A stretch of DNA of 54,566 bases, counting the filler, from Sphacelaria rigidula (taxonomy: Eukaryota), in assembly GCA_964200075.2 (NCBI GenBank). It is 4 parts of 4 records of this genome, joined end to end, with 100 filler letters (N's around TTAATTAATTAA, not from the genome) between each part and the next. Parts side by side here need not be neighbours in the genome. Positions count along the whole stretch, not along the records: positions 27,337 to 40,902 come from CAXNAA020002798.1; positions 41,003 to 54,566 come from CAXNAA020002799.1; 2 more parts are not named here. The stretch is one strand, 5' to 3'. Shown here piece after piece: positions 36,631-47,501 of the stretch. The position numbers and the translations under genes were made by a program. Position 1 is the stretch's first letter, and every line of letters begins with the position of its first letter. Under the pieces are notes generated by a model. The model saw only the letters and a list, made by a program, of their open reading frames with translations. It searched no databases and was not told where the DNA came from.

Positions 36631-38042
36631 GTCTAGCATATTTTTTACAGTAGTACGGCTTTTTCCTGGCGGGAAGAAGCCGTTCAACACACTAGTATGA
36701 GTAGCGCTTCTATCTCGGAAAGAACCATAGCCGTGACGGTACTGGAAAGGCGAGCCCATACCTCTGTGACCACGGATTCGAGAGATCGGGCTAACGCGTG
36801 CGCAAATAATATTATTGTAATGGTGATCGCAAGGTGATCATACGACGCAATCGATTTATTACAACGACAGTATCAACACTGCTGGCGATACACTCCACAA
36901 CTTCGCGAGCTTTCCGGTGGTTTGACGAACAGGCACTCATCTCCCCCCTCAAAAATCCCCCCCCCCCCTCCCCCCTCCTGGAAACCTCTGGCTGGATGTC
37001 CCTGGCCTGTCAGCCGGCGAAACTGTTCGGAGATGAGGCGCGTGGTCAAAAGTGTTCCAGCCCTCAACCAATCAGAAGTACTGAAAAAAACTAAAGCCCT
37101 CTCATATCACTCACTATTGTGAAGCCACCATATCACTCATTCTCACAGTCCCGTTCTCCATTTGTTTTCGGAAGGAAGGTGGGTTTGTCCTAGCCCGGCA
37201 CCCCTATTTTCATGGTTGACACATGTTTTAAGCAAAGGTATCCTTAACTCTTACCCCATATAAGTGCGGAGAACCTGTGGGCGAGGGGCGTACTCAAGGT
37301 GCCCTGGGCGGAGTATGCATGGGCAAACCTCGGATCGGCGCCTGAAATTGGGGCTGTGGGGCTGGTTTGGGACATGTTGTACACACGCTATGAAGCACGT
37401 GGGACTGTCAGCCTCACTAAAGATCCGAATCTCGGTAGGACACATGAAAAATTCAAAATTTCGCCTTTCCGTTTAGGGTGCAACAAGGACTCGTGCACAA
37501 AGGGATCATCCAGGGTCTGGCACCCAAGGGGTTGGCATGTTTCTGCACAACACGCTGAAACATCAGCCATCTGCTATACATACTTACTTTACCCTTTTTC
37601 ATCTACCTCTCTATTAGCGTCGACCGTACAAGAATTCCTTGCCGCAGCAGCACCATCAGTATCAGCACCATCAGGAGAGCATTATCATCGGCAGAAGTAG
37701 TATAGCAGCTAGAGCACAGGCACTACAACAAATCTCCGTTTCATACATCGAGTCTGCGAAATTATTTCAGGTCTTGAACGAGGGTAGAGAATAATTTCAG
37801 GTGGAAATTATTTCACCCGTGTGAAAAAAGTTCAGGTGGAATACCCCACTTCAGGACGCGCACTCCACTTGCTACCCAGATTTCCTCACACCAGCGGGTT
37901 GACCTGGGTGGGGATCGAGTAGCGATACAATACGGGACGAAGAACCCAGCGGCAGAAAAGACGTGATCGACAGAATTGAAGAAATAACTTGATCACCCGC
38001 GCCAACACCACTCCTTTGCAATTTAGGCCATACGGGAAGGGA

Positions 38043-38114
38043 ATGGTGCGCTTCGGAGCTACGCTGCGAGAGCAAAGGCACAAGGACTGGGCACCGTACT
38101 ACATCGACTACAAT
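38043..38114 (+). CDS. First exon of an SPX-domain protein (phosphate/inositol-pyrophosphate sensing; e.g. VTC, SPX-MFS or XPR1/PHO1 type)
   Basis: ATG..MVRFGATLREQRHKDWAPYYIDYN followed by a GTGAGT donor. This matches the SPX N-terminal consensus M(K)FGxxL…W…YxxY(xxLKK). No downstream exon was found in this contig. Confidence 0.82.
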
Positions 38115-39289
38115 GTGAGTGATGACGCGGCACCGTCGGGGACTGTACTGTACCGCCTTTACCGTACGTACTCACTGCGGTTTATTGTACTGTTGCGGAG
38201 TACGTACAGTCGGTGCTGCACTAAACCCGCGGTGCTTGTTGGTGTCTTCTCTTGTTCTACTGTGCTGTTCACTGTCTGCATGGCACTGCCTGCTGTACAC
38301 GAGCCTTGTTGCGGGTGTGTCGCGTGTTGTTGGCCTCCAAGACAGTACAGACTGAGCTGTATCTGAGGAAGACACATGTGTAGGTGAGAACGATTTATCT
38401 CGCAAATCGATGTCGCGATGTGACATAATTTACAGTACAGACAGTACAGTACGGTGCAGTTGATTGTTCAGTAGGTGTGTTGTAGTAGTTGTAGGAGTCA
38501 TGTCAGCCTACTTCGCGGGGACATTTGAAAATAATCCACAACAACAGTAGTGCCAAGCACCGCCGTCGTTTTCGTTTCGGTTGATGAAAATATTTTGACG
38601 AAAGTGTGAAAATGTACTACAGTAGTACAACAATAGGCTCTTGGTACCTGTTGTAGTTACAGCTGTAGAACCTTGAACCTTTGGCATGATACCGACAGGC
38701 TGTCGGCGGCTGTCGGACCCTGTGTCACGATGGTGAGGTGTGATTGCTTGTGTATGTAGTGGATGTGTGTTTGTGTTGGGTGTATCTAGAGTGCATGTAT
38801 GAAGGGTAGGGACCCTAATATTGTACCCTTTGTACAACATGCAAAAACTCAGTTACCACGCACGATTGCTGCCTGGTTTGCTGTCAGGGGGGCTGCACCA
38901 AAGCATCTTAGACAGTACGGTAGAGGAAGCACATGCAACAGTACAGAAAGGCAAGTGCTGGGTGCTGACAATCGAGTGCATTTTTTTTGTCGATTTCGCC
39001 GTAGAGCAAACCCTACCCCTTCACGGATTCAGCGCGATGCATGTACAGATAGATGGTGGCGCATAGCCTTTCGTAATATGAGTGTACGGCTTTTTGACTT
39101 GCTCCCGGCGAGGCGCCAGCCAACCGTGCCAAGTACGCTGGGACCCCGACGATTCAAACGCCGTGCAGTCTATGCGGTCGCGCTTTGGTCTTGAGTCTTG
39201 ATTTTTTCACCTCCTAGAATTTCGAAATTTCCACCTCCGAAGATTGAATATTTAATATTTATGATTTGAAAGGGATCGAGGACTCCTCG

Positions 39290-39526
39290 AGGGTCGGGCG
39301 GATACTGATACAATCGAAAATCACTTGCTTTTTGTTCAATACACAAGGACGATTCTTGGGCTTCGTTTTCAGCGTTGCACCTCAGGTCCGCGCACCCCAG
39401 GCGCATGGAATAGCGCATTTTTTGCCTGTTGACCCGCGGTCAATAAGGAACTTCTCTCTTGCCAGCAATCAGGCGTCAGAAACCGTACATTTTGTGACAG
39501 AACCAGCGATGATTCGTCCAACCCTT
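39290..39526. mobile_element. MITE family D copy
   Basis: Ends 'agggtcgggcggat' and 'gattcgtccaaccctt'. The interior matches 21431-21684. Confidence 0.7.
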
Positions 39527-40902
39527 GCGAAGATTTCAGACGAATCAAAGATTCGAAATATTGCCTTGGTCTGACATACATCTGTCTCGCGGGACGCTAT
39601 CCCCTACGTGTGCCCGTTTAGCAATATTCAATTTTATGTACGAGTATGTGTGCTCAGGTTGTGCATGTTCTTTCTGGGACATGAGAACATCTGGAATATC
39701 CATCTGGGACGCCAATCTCTGCGTATACTAGCACACACGACCTTCGATCAGGGCGCGCTACTGTAGCCCTGCACTGTGCTCTACTAGCACTCATCAACCC
39801 AGATGTCTGCCTTACCAGCACACACAGCACCGTCCCAGTGCATGCTATCCCAGTGCATGCCCAACCACCTGGTGACATGCCAAAGCACGCTAACCCAGAC
39901 GCATGGTCATCAGGACGGAAGTCATCTAGGGGTTCAGGCCAGGGTTACGGTTACGGATGGTTGAGATTTGGGGTTGGTTGACTTTTGAGGGGCCTTACAC
40001 CCGAAACACCGACACGGCAAATTGGTCTCAGCGGACGGACATGTTCCAGGATGTCGTCCACTTCTCGGTGACCTTGTGCACCGTCATCTTGTCGTCAAGG
40101 GTGACGATTTGGACATGTCCTCGTTTCCTTTTTCGGAGATTCGTGTGTTGATCTTATGATCTTATGTGGGTCACCGTGGTCCTGGAACGAATCGGAAGAA
40201 TCTTCAACGTGGCGTCTTGATTGCGCTGTCTTCCACTGACTAACCTTGACTGCGGCGGTACTGTACTGCACTCACCACTCCAAACACTACAACTATACGC
40301 AGCAGGCACTTTTCCATGCAAAAACCACAACGTTCCGCCCCAGTTCTTCATCGTCACGTCCCCCCCGCCCCCCCTTTTCTTGGCCAATCGACCAAGTCTC
40401 AAGGCTTCGCCGGTATTGATGCAACATGAATCACAAGGTAGTGGCCGAAAAAAGAACTCGGTACGAACATTGTATTTTCATCACTTCGGCAGTTCATTTG
40501 CTCGCCGAGGTTTTCTCACGGTACGAAACGACGTGCATTTGTTTTGACTTTCATTGTTCTTGCGGAGAACACGGATTACGCGCGGGGTTGCTCCCTCCCT
40601 CCACACACCACCCAAGATGAACGGCAGAAAATAGCGATATGGTGCTTGACGAAATTTCGGGTAATCCAGCGGAGCTATCATTGTCCTAAATAGCTCTAAA
40701 CGGCACGCTGGACTTCCTTCATCTCTACTTTCCTTACTCGTTGCATCACCTTGTCCTTGGCCACAATTTTTGCCAGATCCAGTCGCTTCGGTGCTTACCA
40801 CTGCTTCGACTACTCGTATACGTTTCGTGTCCACGGCCGACCGTTTGGTGTGTGTGTGTGTGTTGTCGTCCCATTTATTCTGGGCACCAGTCTACACCTT
40901 TC

Positions 40903-41002
40903 NNNNNNNNNNNNNNNNNNNNNNNNNNNNNNNNNNNNNNNNNNNNTTAATTAATTAANNNNNNNNNNNNNNNNNNNNNNNNNNNNNNNNNNNNNNNNNN
41001 NN
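40903..41002. other. Artificial contig linker
   Basis: N-run + TTAATTAATTAA + N-run. Both flanks end inside repeats: family E at 40855-40902 and a family A end at 41003-41077. Confidence 0.97.
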
Positions 41003-41583
41003 GACTCACTTAAAGCGAATGATCAAAGCCACTCTCAATCGTATCATCTACTCTCAATCTCACGAAAACACTGTTTAGTGTTGTTGTATAATATGCGCAT
41101 CAAGCCAGGCATGTTATTCTGTTCCGATATATTTCAAATAAATGCAGGTTTCTGGAGAAACCAAAAACCAAGCGGTTGGTGTATGAAATCATGCTATACT
41201 ATTATACTTCGTTCTGGTATATTTAAAATCGAAGGTTTCAGGAGAGGACATAATACTGTGCGAACAAAAAGACGACTCTCCTCCTCACGACGGCACTATT
41301 TTGAGCCGTGAGAACTGCAAACAAAAACTTCAGAAACACTCGGGACGCACGAGCTACGGCAGCGGTTCGAAATGTTTTAACTCGCTGATAGTCGCGACGC
41401 CCGTATCCCGTAACTCGCACACCTCAGGCTTATGACTCACTTTGTTTCGTCAATTATGCTCTAGCCACGGCCCACACAAACTTTCAATATATATATATAT
41501 ATATATAAACACCAAACGTGGGCCGGTAAGTGCCCCGCAAAATACTGTTCCGAATTTCTTCTGACCCCATCACTCAACGTCCC

Positions 41584-41858
41584 ATTCACCGGCCAATATT
41601 GAGAGTTGAACCCTGAAATTTTGTATGGACAACGAACAGGGTATAATAAAAACAAATACTAGTGCACACAAGTCTTGTTGTTCTTGATGACTTGGAGGCA
41701 ATAATCAGTTTTCGGGTATCAGTGAAATGCCCTCAACTCATCATGAGAAAAAACAACCCTTCCTTGTTGTGTGCACTGCGGTATTTGTTTTGATTATTCC
41801 CTATTCATTATCCATACCAAATTTCAGGGTCCAACTCTAAGTATTGGCCGCGGTGAAT
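41584..41858. repeat. Long foldback / MITE-like inverted repeat (~85-90 bp arms)
   Basis: Left arm 'attcaccggccaatattgagagttgaaccctgaaattttgtatgga..aaaacaaatac..gtgcacacaa' pairs with the right arm at ~41767-41858. Confidence 0.8.
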
Positions 41859-41990
41859 AGACTTGCAGAATCAAAATTCGCTTCTCGGCTGGCTCAGCTC
41901 GTTTACTTTGTTCCGATATACTCGAAGTATACGTAGATTGAACATGCAGGTTTTTGCAGAGACAACGGGAATCTGCAAGTGAATAAAAGC

Positions 41991-42027
<37 letters not shown>

Positions 42028-42084
42028 ACAGATGACCCCACCAAGCACATGATGAACCATATACATACATAAATATTTTGGGAC

Positions 42085-42420
42085 ATCTCATACCCTACCG
42101 ATACCGCCCCAACCCGGTATTTTCAAAACATGTCATACCTACGATACCTGCGATCCCAGGGTATTTTGAGATTTCAATACCTACCGTACCACCTGCCGAA
42201 TCCGGTATTTTCAAATGTCATACCTACGATACCTACGATACCAGGGTATTTTGAGATTTCAATAATACCTACCGTACCCGGCCAATCCGGTATTTTGAAA
42301 TGTCATACCTACGATACCTTCGATACCACGGTATTTCGAGATTTCAATACCTACCGTACCCGCTCGATCCGGTACTTTGAAATGTCATACCCACGATACC
42401 TACGCATACCACGGTATGGG
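42085..42420 (+). repeat. Tandem repeat, ~82-88 bp unit, ~3.5-4 copies
   Basis: 'ccggta.tt..aaa(ca)tgtcatacc' recurs at ~42114, 42202, 42287 and 42369, interleaved with 'gtatttt/cgagatttcaata..cctaccgtacc'. Confidence 0.9.
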
Positions 42421-42552
42421 ATACTCCGGTAAATACTGGGGGTACGCTCGGTACGGTACCTTACCTAGGGTGCCTTTGCCCTACACCTAAAACTCTACAC
42501 TCTCTAATAATACAGGTATCTCAAACTCGAGGTTTTTCTGATACATTTGACT

Positions 42553-42960
42553 GTGTGTGTTGTGTTGTCGTCCCATTTATTCTGGGCACCAGTCTACACC
42601 TTTCGGTGTATGTGGGTGCATCAGCCGGGGTCACACAGTCGGAAGGTCAACACAGGAGCGTTTTCTTTTTTATTTGTTTTTAACAACCCACCTTCCTTCT
42701 GCGGTACTTGCCTTTTTATTTACTGTGAAATATAAATATACCTTCGCTCGGGTGTGAGATACCTCTAATAATGAGCGGTCCTTGTTATTATTAACATCAT
42801 TCTTTTTTGCCGTCCCTTCTCTTCTGGGCGCCATCCTACACCTTTCGGCATGATATATGGGCTTACCAGCCGGGGTCACACACAGGAGGAAGGTCAGCAC
42901 AGGAGTTTTTTGCCCTTCTTTCGTTTGATTTTACTGTACTACCCCACCTTCCTTCTGCGG
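42553..42960 (+). repeat. Two tandem copies of repeat family E
   Basis: 42553-42712 and 42810-42960 share 'ttctgggc.cca..ctacacctttcgg..cagccggggtcacaca..ggaaggtca.cacaggag..acc(c)caccttccttctgcgg'. Confidence 0.8.
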
Positions 42961-43663
42961 CATCCAGCGGCACGCAAATAAAAGCGTATGAGTGGAGCAT
43001 ATATATTCCGATATTATTGTGAATTGCAGGTGTTCGGAGGGAAGATAAACCTGCAAATATATTATGCTCTTTTTCTTGAAGGGGAAACCGCCAAGACAAA
43101 AAATGTATCATATATATTTTTATTTATATGCAATACCAACAACAACCCAACCTGCTACGAGGACTCGTAGGTCCAGAGAACGAAAAAAAAAGAAAGTTGC
43201 ACTGCCTCTCTGTATCTATGTTCTGGACGATAACAGCGGAAGTCCCGGCAGCTAAGTGATCCTCAGCACCTAGCGGCACGCAGTCCCGGACCCTTGGGTC
43301 GATGAACTTATATATACACTGCAGCAATCTGCACACAGGTTATGAGCTTGCCCATCCAATATCTAGTGCAGCTAAAGACAAACGCACAGGGGGTGGGTGA
43401 CTGGCGGCCTCATACACTGCTTGGGAGGTCGCTGCATTTCAGTAGAGCTTAGCTCGCGCCCAAGTGGTCTCTTCAAGCTGAGCGAGCAACGGACAAAACG
43501 GGCGAACAGAGGAGCGAACACCAACATCAGTTTCCTGTTTCATTTCTTGCAAACCTGTGACGGACACGGACTATTCTGCTTCGGCCGACTGTGATCTCAC
43601 CAGCGACACCTGAGGTACTGTACTGTTGCGCGTGGTGGCGCGGCCTCTGCATAGCAAGCCCAC

Positions 43664-43917
43664 CATGGAGCTACTTCGATCAGCCGCCACGCCGGCCAAG
43701 ACACGGAAAGTACGGAAACAAAAGCCGATGATAAGCCTTGACATTCCGACACCTGTGAGGCAGACCAGACCCCCCCACGGCGGGCGGGGTGATTCCCCCC
43801 CAGGGTCGCCCGCCGACACGGGCGTTGTCAGAGAGTTACTGCGGAGATACGATGGAGGACTATGTGGAGAGGCTTTTGGTGGGGATCGGCTATTGAAGCT
43901 GTCTGTGTTGGGTAAAG
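43664..43917 (+). CDS. Possible first exon of a protein kinase (MAP2K-like); tentative
   Basis: MELLRSAATPAKTRKVRKQKPMISLDIP…GGDRLLKLSVLGKG ends at a strong AAG|GTATGT donor. The basic plus hydrophobic-x-hydrophobic stretch resembles a MAPK docking site, and LGKG resembles the start of a Gly-rich loop. Core catalytic exons were not found. Confidence 0.35.
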
Positions 43918-46900
43918 GTATGTACACGGCAAGCCGTTGGTCTCTGTACTGTACAGCAAAAGTCAACCTTCGTGACATCGTCTTGACAAGCAACTTCAGA
44001 GTAGCCGACCAGACACTAAAGTCAGTACCGTCAGTGTAATGTACAGTATATGATACAGTCCGGTGTGCCGTGGGTGCTTTGCACATGACTGTACTGTGTC
44101 GGAGCCAGGCGATTCGTATTACTGCGTAGTTGCGAGAGAGACAGACAGAGACAGACAGACAGACAGAGAAAGAGAGAGAGGGAGAGACAAGAAGAGATGG
44201 CCTCGTTAGGATGAATACGCCGGCTCGAGCGATTTGCCGCTGGCATTCGTGCGCAAGCAATGCTCCCGCTCTCTGGATATTCAAATGATGGAGTCGTGCA
44301 AATGATAAATGATACCATCGCTGCTCCTGTATGCAGACTTTTGCTGCGTAAAACACAAAGCATACCTATCCCACCTTGGTCTTGCCGTTCCGCCTCTTCG
44401 AGACAGAGAGTACAGACAGTACTGTACCGTAGAGGACTTCGGCGAATTCCTGACTTAAACCGCCGATGAACCTCATTTTCCGCACATCGGCTGCATGCCT
44501 CCAGCCTCGGCAGGTTTCTTTTGCCGGTGTATTTATGTCGACCACCCTTTCGCTCTTTCGACGATGTTGGGTCATCTGTTGGCACGGCATCATTTTGACC
44601 TGAAAATCGACTGAAATAGGAGGCATCTAAAGTTGTGAAGGCGTTTCGCTGCCCTTTCAGCGACTTCACCAAGAGTATGCGAACTCAAACAGCCCGCAAC
44701 GCTTCATCGCCGGCGGAAATCTTCTGATCTCTGACTACCGACTGTTGTGCTTTCGATATGTACCGCACTGTCTCTCTGTACTGCTGTACTGTGCTGTGTT
44801 GTCTGTGATCTAATTGGAGTAATGTTGACGATGGGGCGTCGGAGGAAGCGACGAGGGGCGGCTGCTCATCTGAAACCAGCATAAAAATGACCCCATGGAC
44901 GTTGCCACGCTTGAAATCTGCGTCGGAACTGTCAAGAAGCGCTGGGCGTAAGCAACATCGCAAAGTAGTCACAGTCGACTGTTCCTTGGTGTTTTCGTTC
45001 GGCTTGGTGTTCTACTTCACCGACTGTACTGTACAGACTGTACAGACTGTACTGTACTGTACTAACTGTACTGCACTGTACTATATCCTTCACGGTTGAA
45101 TGTCACCCTGTACCGACATCATCGTCGCGCACCTTGTATGAAATGTGATGCAAATTACTGTACTGTTTTCTTGTCTCCAGAGGTGACCGCGATTCCTGCA
45201 CACAAGTCTCCGAATCCCTGTCCTTTCAAGAAGTTTAGATACTCGCATGTACTGCGTACCAGTGTGTTGCACTTGGCGAACTACCACTACAACTTTGGTT
45301 GCAGTGCGTTTGTGTGCAGTTGGGTCAACGTAAGCCATCAGACAGTACGGAAAGAGCGTCGGCCTGCGAATCGCACGCGTGTTGTTGCCGCACACGTGAA
45401 ACATGCGGAGTAAATACCTCAATACCCTTCCCCCGTCTTCTCCGTTCCTGCTCCCGACCCGTCTAACGGTATGTGGAGACTAAGAGATCAAGTGATGTAG
45501 GTGCTGTGATGAACGAACATGGTTCATGTTCTTGTCAGGACAGAGACACGGACCATGTAATAATCTCTTACTTGTGTCATGGCACTTGCTTGCATTCGAG
45601 CACAAACGGTTGGAATGGTGAAGGAGGAAAGTGCAACATGTTCGTTGCTCTCAATGCACGAGGAAAATGCAACATGAACCAGGAATCACACAGCACACAC
45701 ATTGGAGCAACACACCCTTCTACTCTTGGAAGAAAACGGGCGGCACGGCTCCGAGCTCAGTTTCGGCGACTTTGAAACCGTTCGTCTGTACTACTGTCTG
45801 TGCCGTCGTCTGTACCGTGTGCACTGTCCTATTTTATCTGTTCTCATCGGAGTAATGTGTTGAAGATGGGGCGACGGAGCAAGCGACGAGGGACGGTTGC
45901 TAAGCTGAACTGAAATCGGTTTAAAGAATAACTCTTTTCACCTTGCCGCGCATGTATCATGTGTCACAGCCGTGAAGGAGGGTTGGGCGTACCCAACAAC
46001 ATGAGCATAATGGAAATGGAGGTACCTCAAACTCGAGGTTCCTGGCATACTGTTTTCAACACAGTACAGTAAATTAGTTTTGGATGTACCGGGAACCTCG
46101 AGTTTTAGACCACTCCAGTAGTCACAACAGTCGACTGTTCGTTTTGTTCCCCCTCCGTCGGCTGTGAGCTGGGTATATTCTCCGTGTTCACCTGAAGGGT
46201 AGACAGAGGTGGCGTATAGATGGCACAATACATGCCACATGCGCGCTGCTTCGCCGCTGTCACCACGGAAACGGGCTGCCTGCCGAGGGCAAAATTTGTA
46301 CGGTACTAAAAATACTGTACTCAACAAGTACTGTTCCGTTTTTCTTCTGGCGGTGCACGAAAAGAAATGTGGCTGCACAACACACAGCACAGGGGCTCAG
46401 GCTGTACTGCTGCACTGTCTGTGTCGGGGAAGCCATAAAACGGATACTCGTTGCACTGGTTGCAATGTACTGTACTTGTGCAATTACAAGTGCCATCGCC
46501 AGGCGAACGGCTCGTGCCTCTCTGGGCATGTAGTGTTTGCACGTTTGCACCCTATAGTTGTAGTAGCTGCTCAGTCATCGCGTACGAGATTTCCGCTGCT
46601 GTTAGTGTCGTCGGCAACAGTACCATAGCAGGATACGAACGCCTGTAGGTCGCAGCCAGCCCGCTTGCTATGATGCTGTCGGAGCGTTCCGTAAGGCGAC
46701 ATCGCTCCAATCGGGCGTTGAGACATGGATGCGATGGCGATAAAGGCCTACTAATTCGAAACCGAGGGATGTACGATGATCCACAAAAAGGCACGAGAGG
46801 TGCGGCCAGATTTTTCGGTGATAAGAGCGTGTGTCATGCCTTCATGTTCTTCTTGCCGGCTGTTGACTTCGAATCAATTGCGTACCCCAGACATACCTAT

Positions 46901-47395
46901 ATGTTATGTTGTACTTCGTTTAACAGCAGTACTGTATGTATGTTATTGTAGAGGACCGACGGGCAGAGGGGAAACACCAAAACACACATCATTTACCCGA
47001 AACGATGGGCGTCCTGTATAGCACAAACCACGAAACCGCTCGCATTTGTATTTTCTCGAGGAGCGAGCAAATCGTTTGTTTGTTTTTCTCGTGCGGTGCT
47101 GCTTGAGTAAACCGTTGTAGATTGTAGATTGTTGCAGGCTGTACGTCACCTGGGCCTTTGAACTTTTGGATCCATGCGGTATGGCATAATAGAAGCCTCC
47201 TTACTCGTTATACATATATTCTCATGAATGGATAACCGCTTCTCTGGATATAACTCCTCCGTCAGTCACCCTTGTGTCATATCTGGTGGCTGTGGACTGT
47301 GGACCGTTGTTGCGCCGAAGACATGGATTGACCTGTTCACCGCGAGGATGGATCATCTATTGAATCGGCATCATTATGCTTCATGAAAATGGTAC

Positions 47396-47501
47396 TTGAC
47401 CCTTAGACCGCGAGGTTGGTCTTCTGGTGAATCGGCATCAATTTCAACTGAAAAGAAGGATGCATGGTCCAGAAAGACTAATCTCGCGGTCTACGGGTTA
47501 A
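47396..47501. mobile_element. ~105-bp TTAA-bounded mini-element (family F, piggyBac-like MITE)
   Basis: TIR 'ttgacccttagaccgcgag' / 'ctcgcggtctacgggttaa'. The core 'gaatcggcatca.tttca..tgaaaa' is shared with ~21807-21916, 50571-50682, 52155-52240, 53035-53140, 54158-54250 and 54247-54360. Confidence 0.7.

Noticed and set aside
42085..42420. CRISPR-like array
   Set aside because: The inter-repeat segments are similar to each other rather than unique spacers, there are no cas genes, and the context is eukaryotic.
43571..44672. Longest track ORFs (261 aa and 213 aa, minus strand)
   Set aside because: They cross a (GACA)/(GA) microsatellite and repeat fragments, and show no domain signal.
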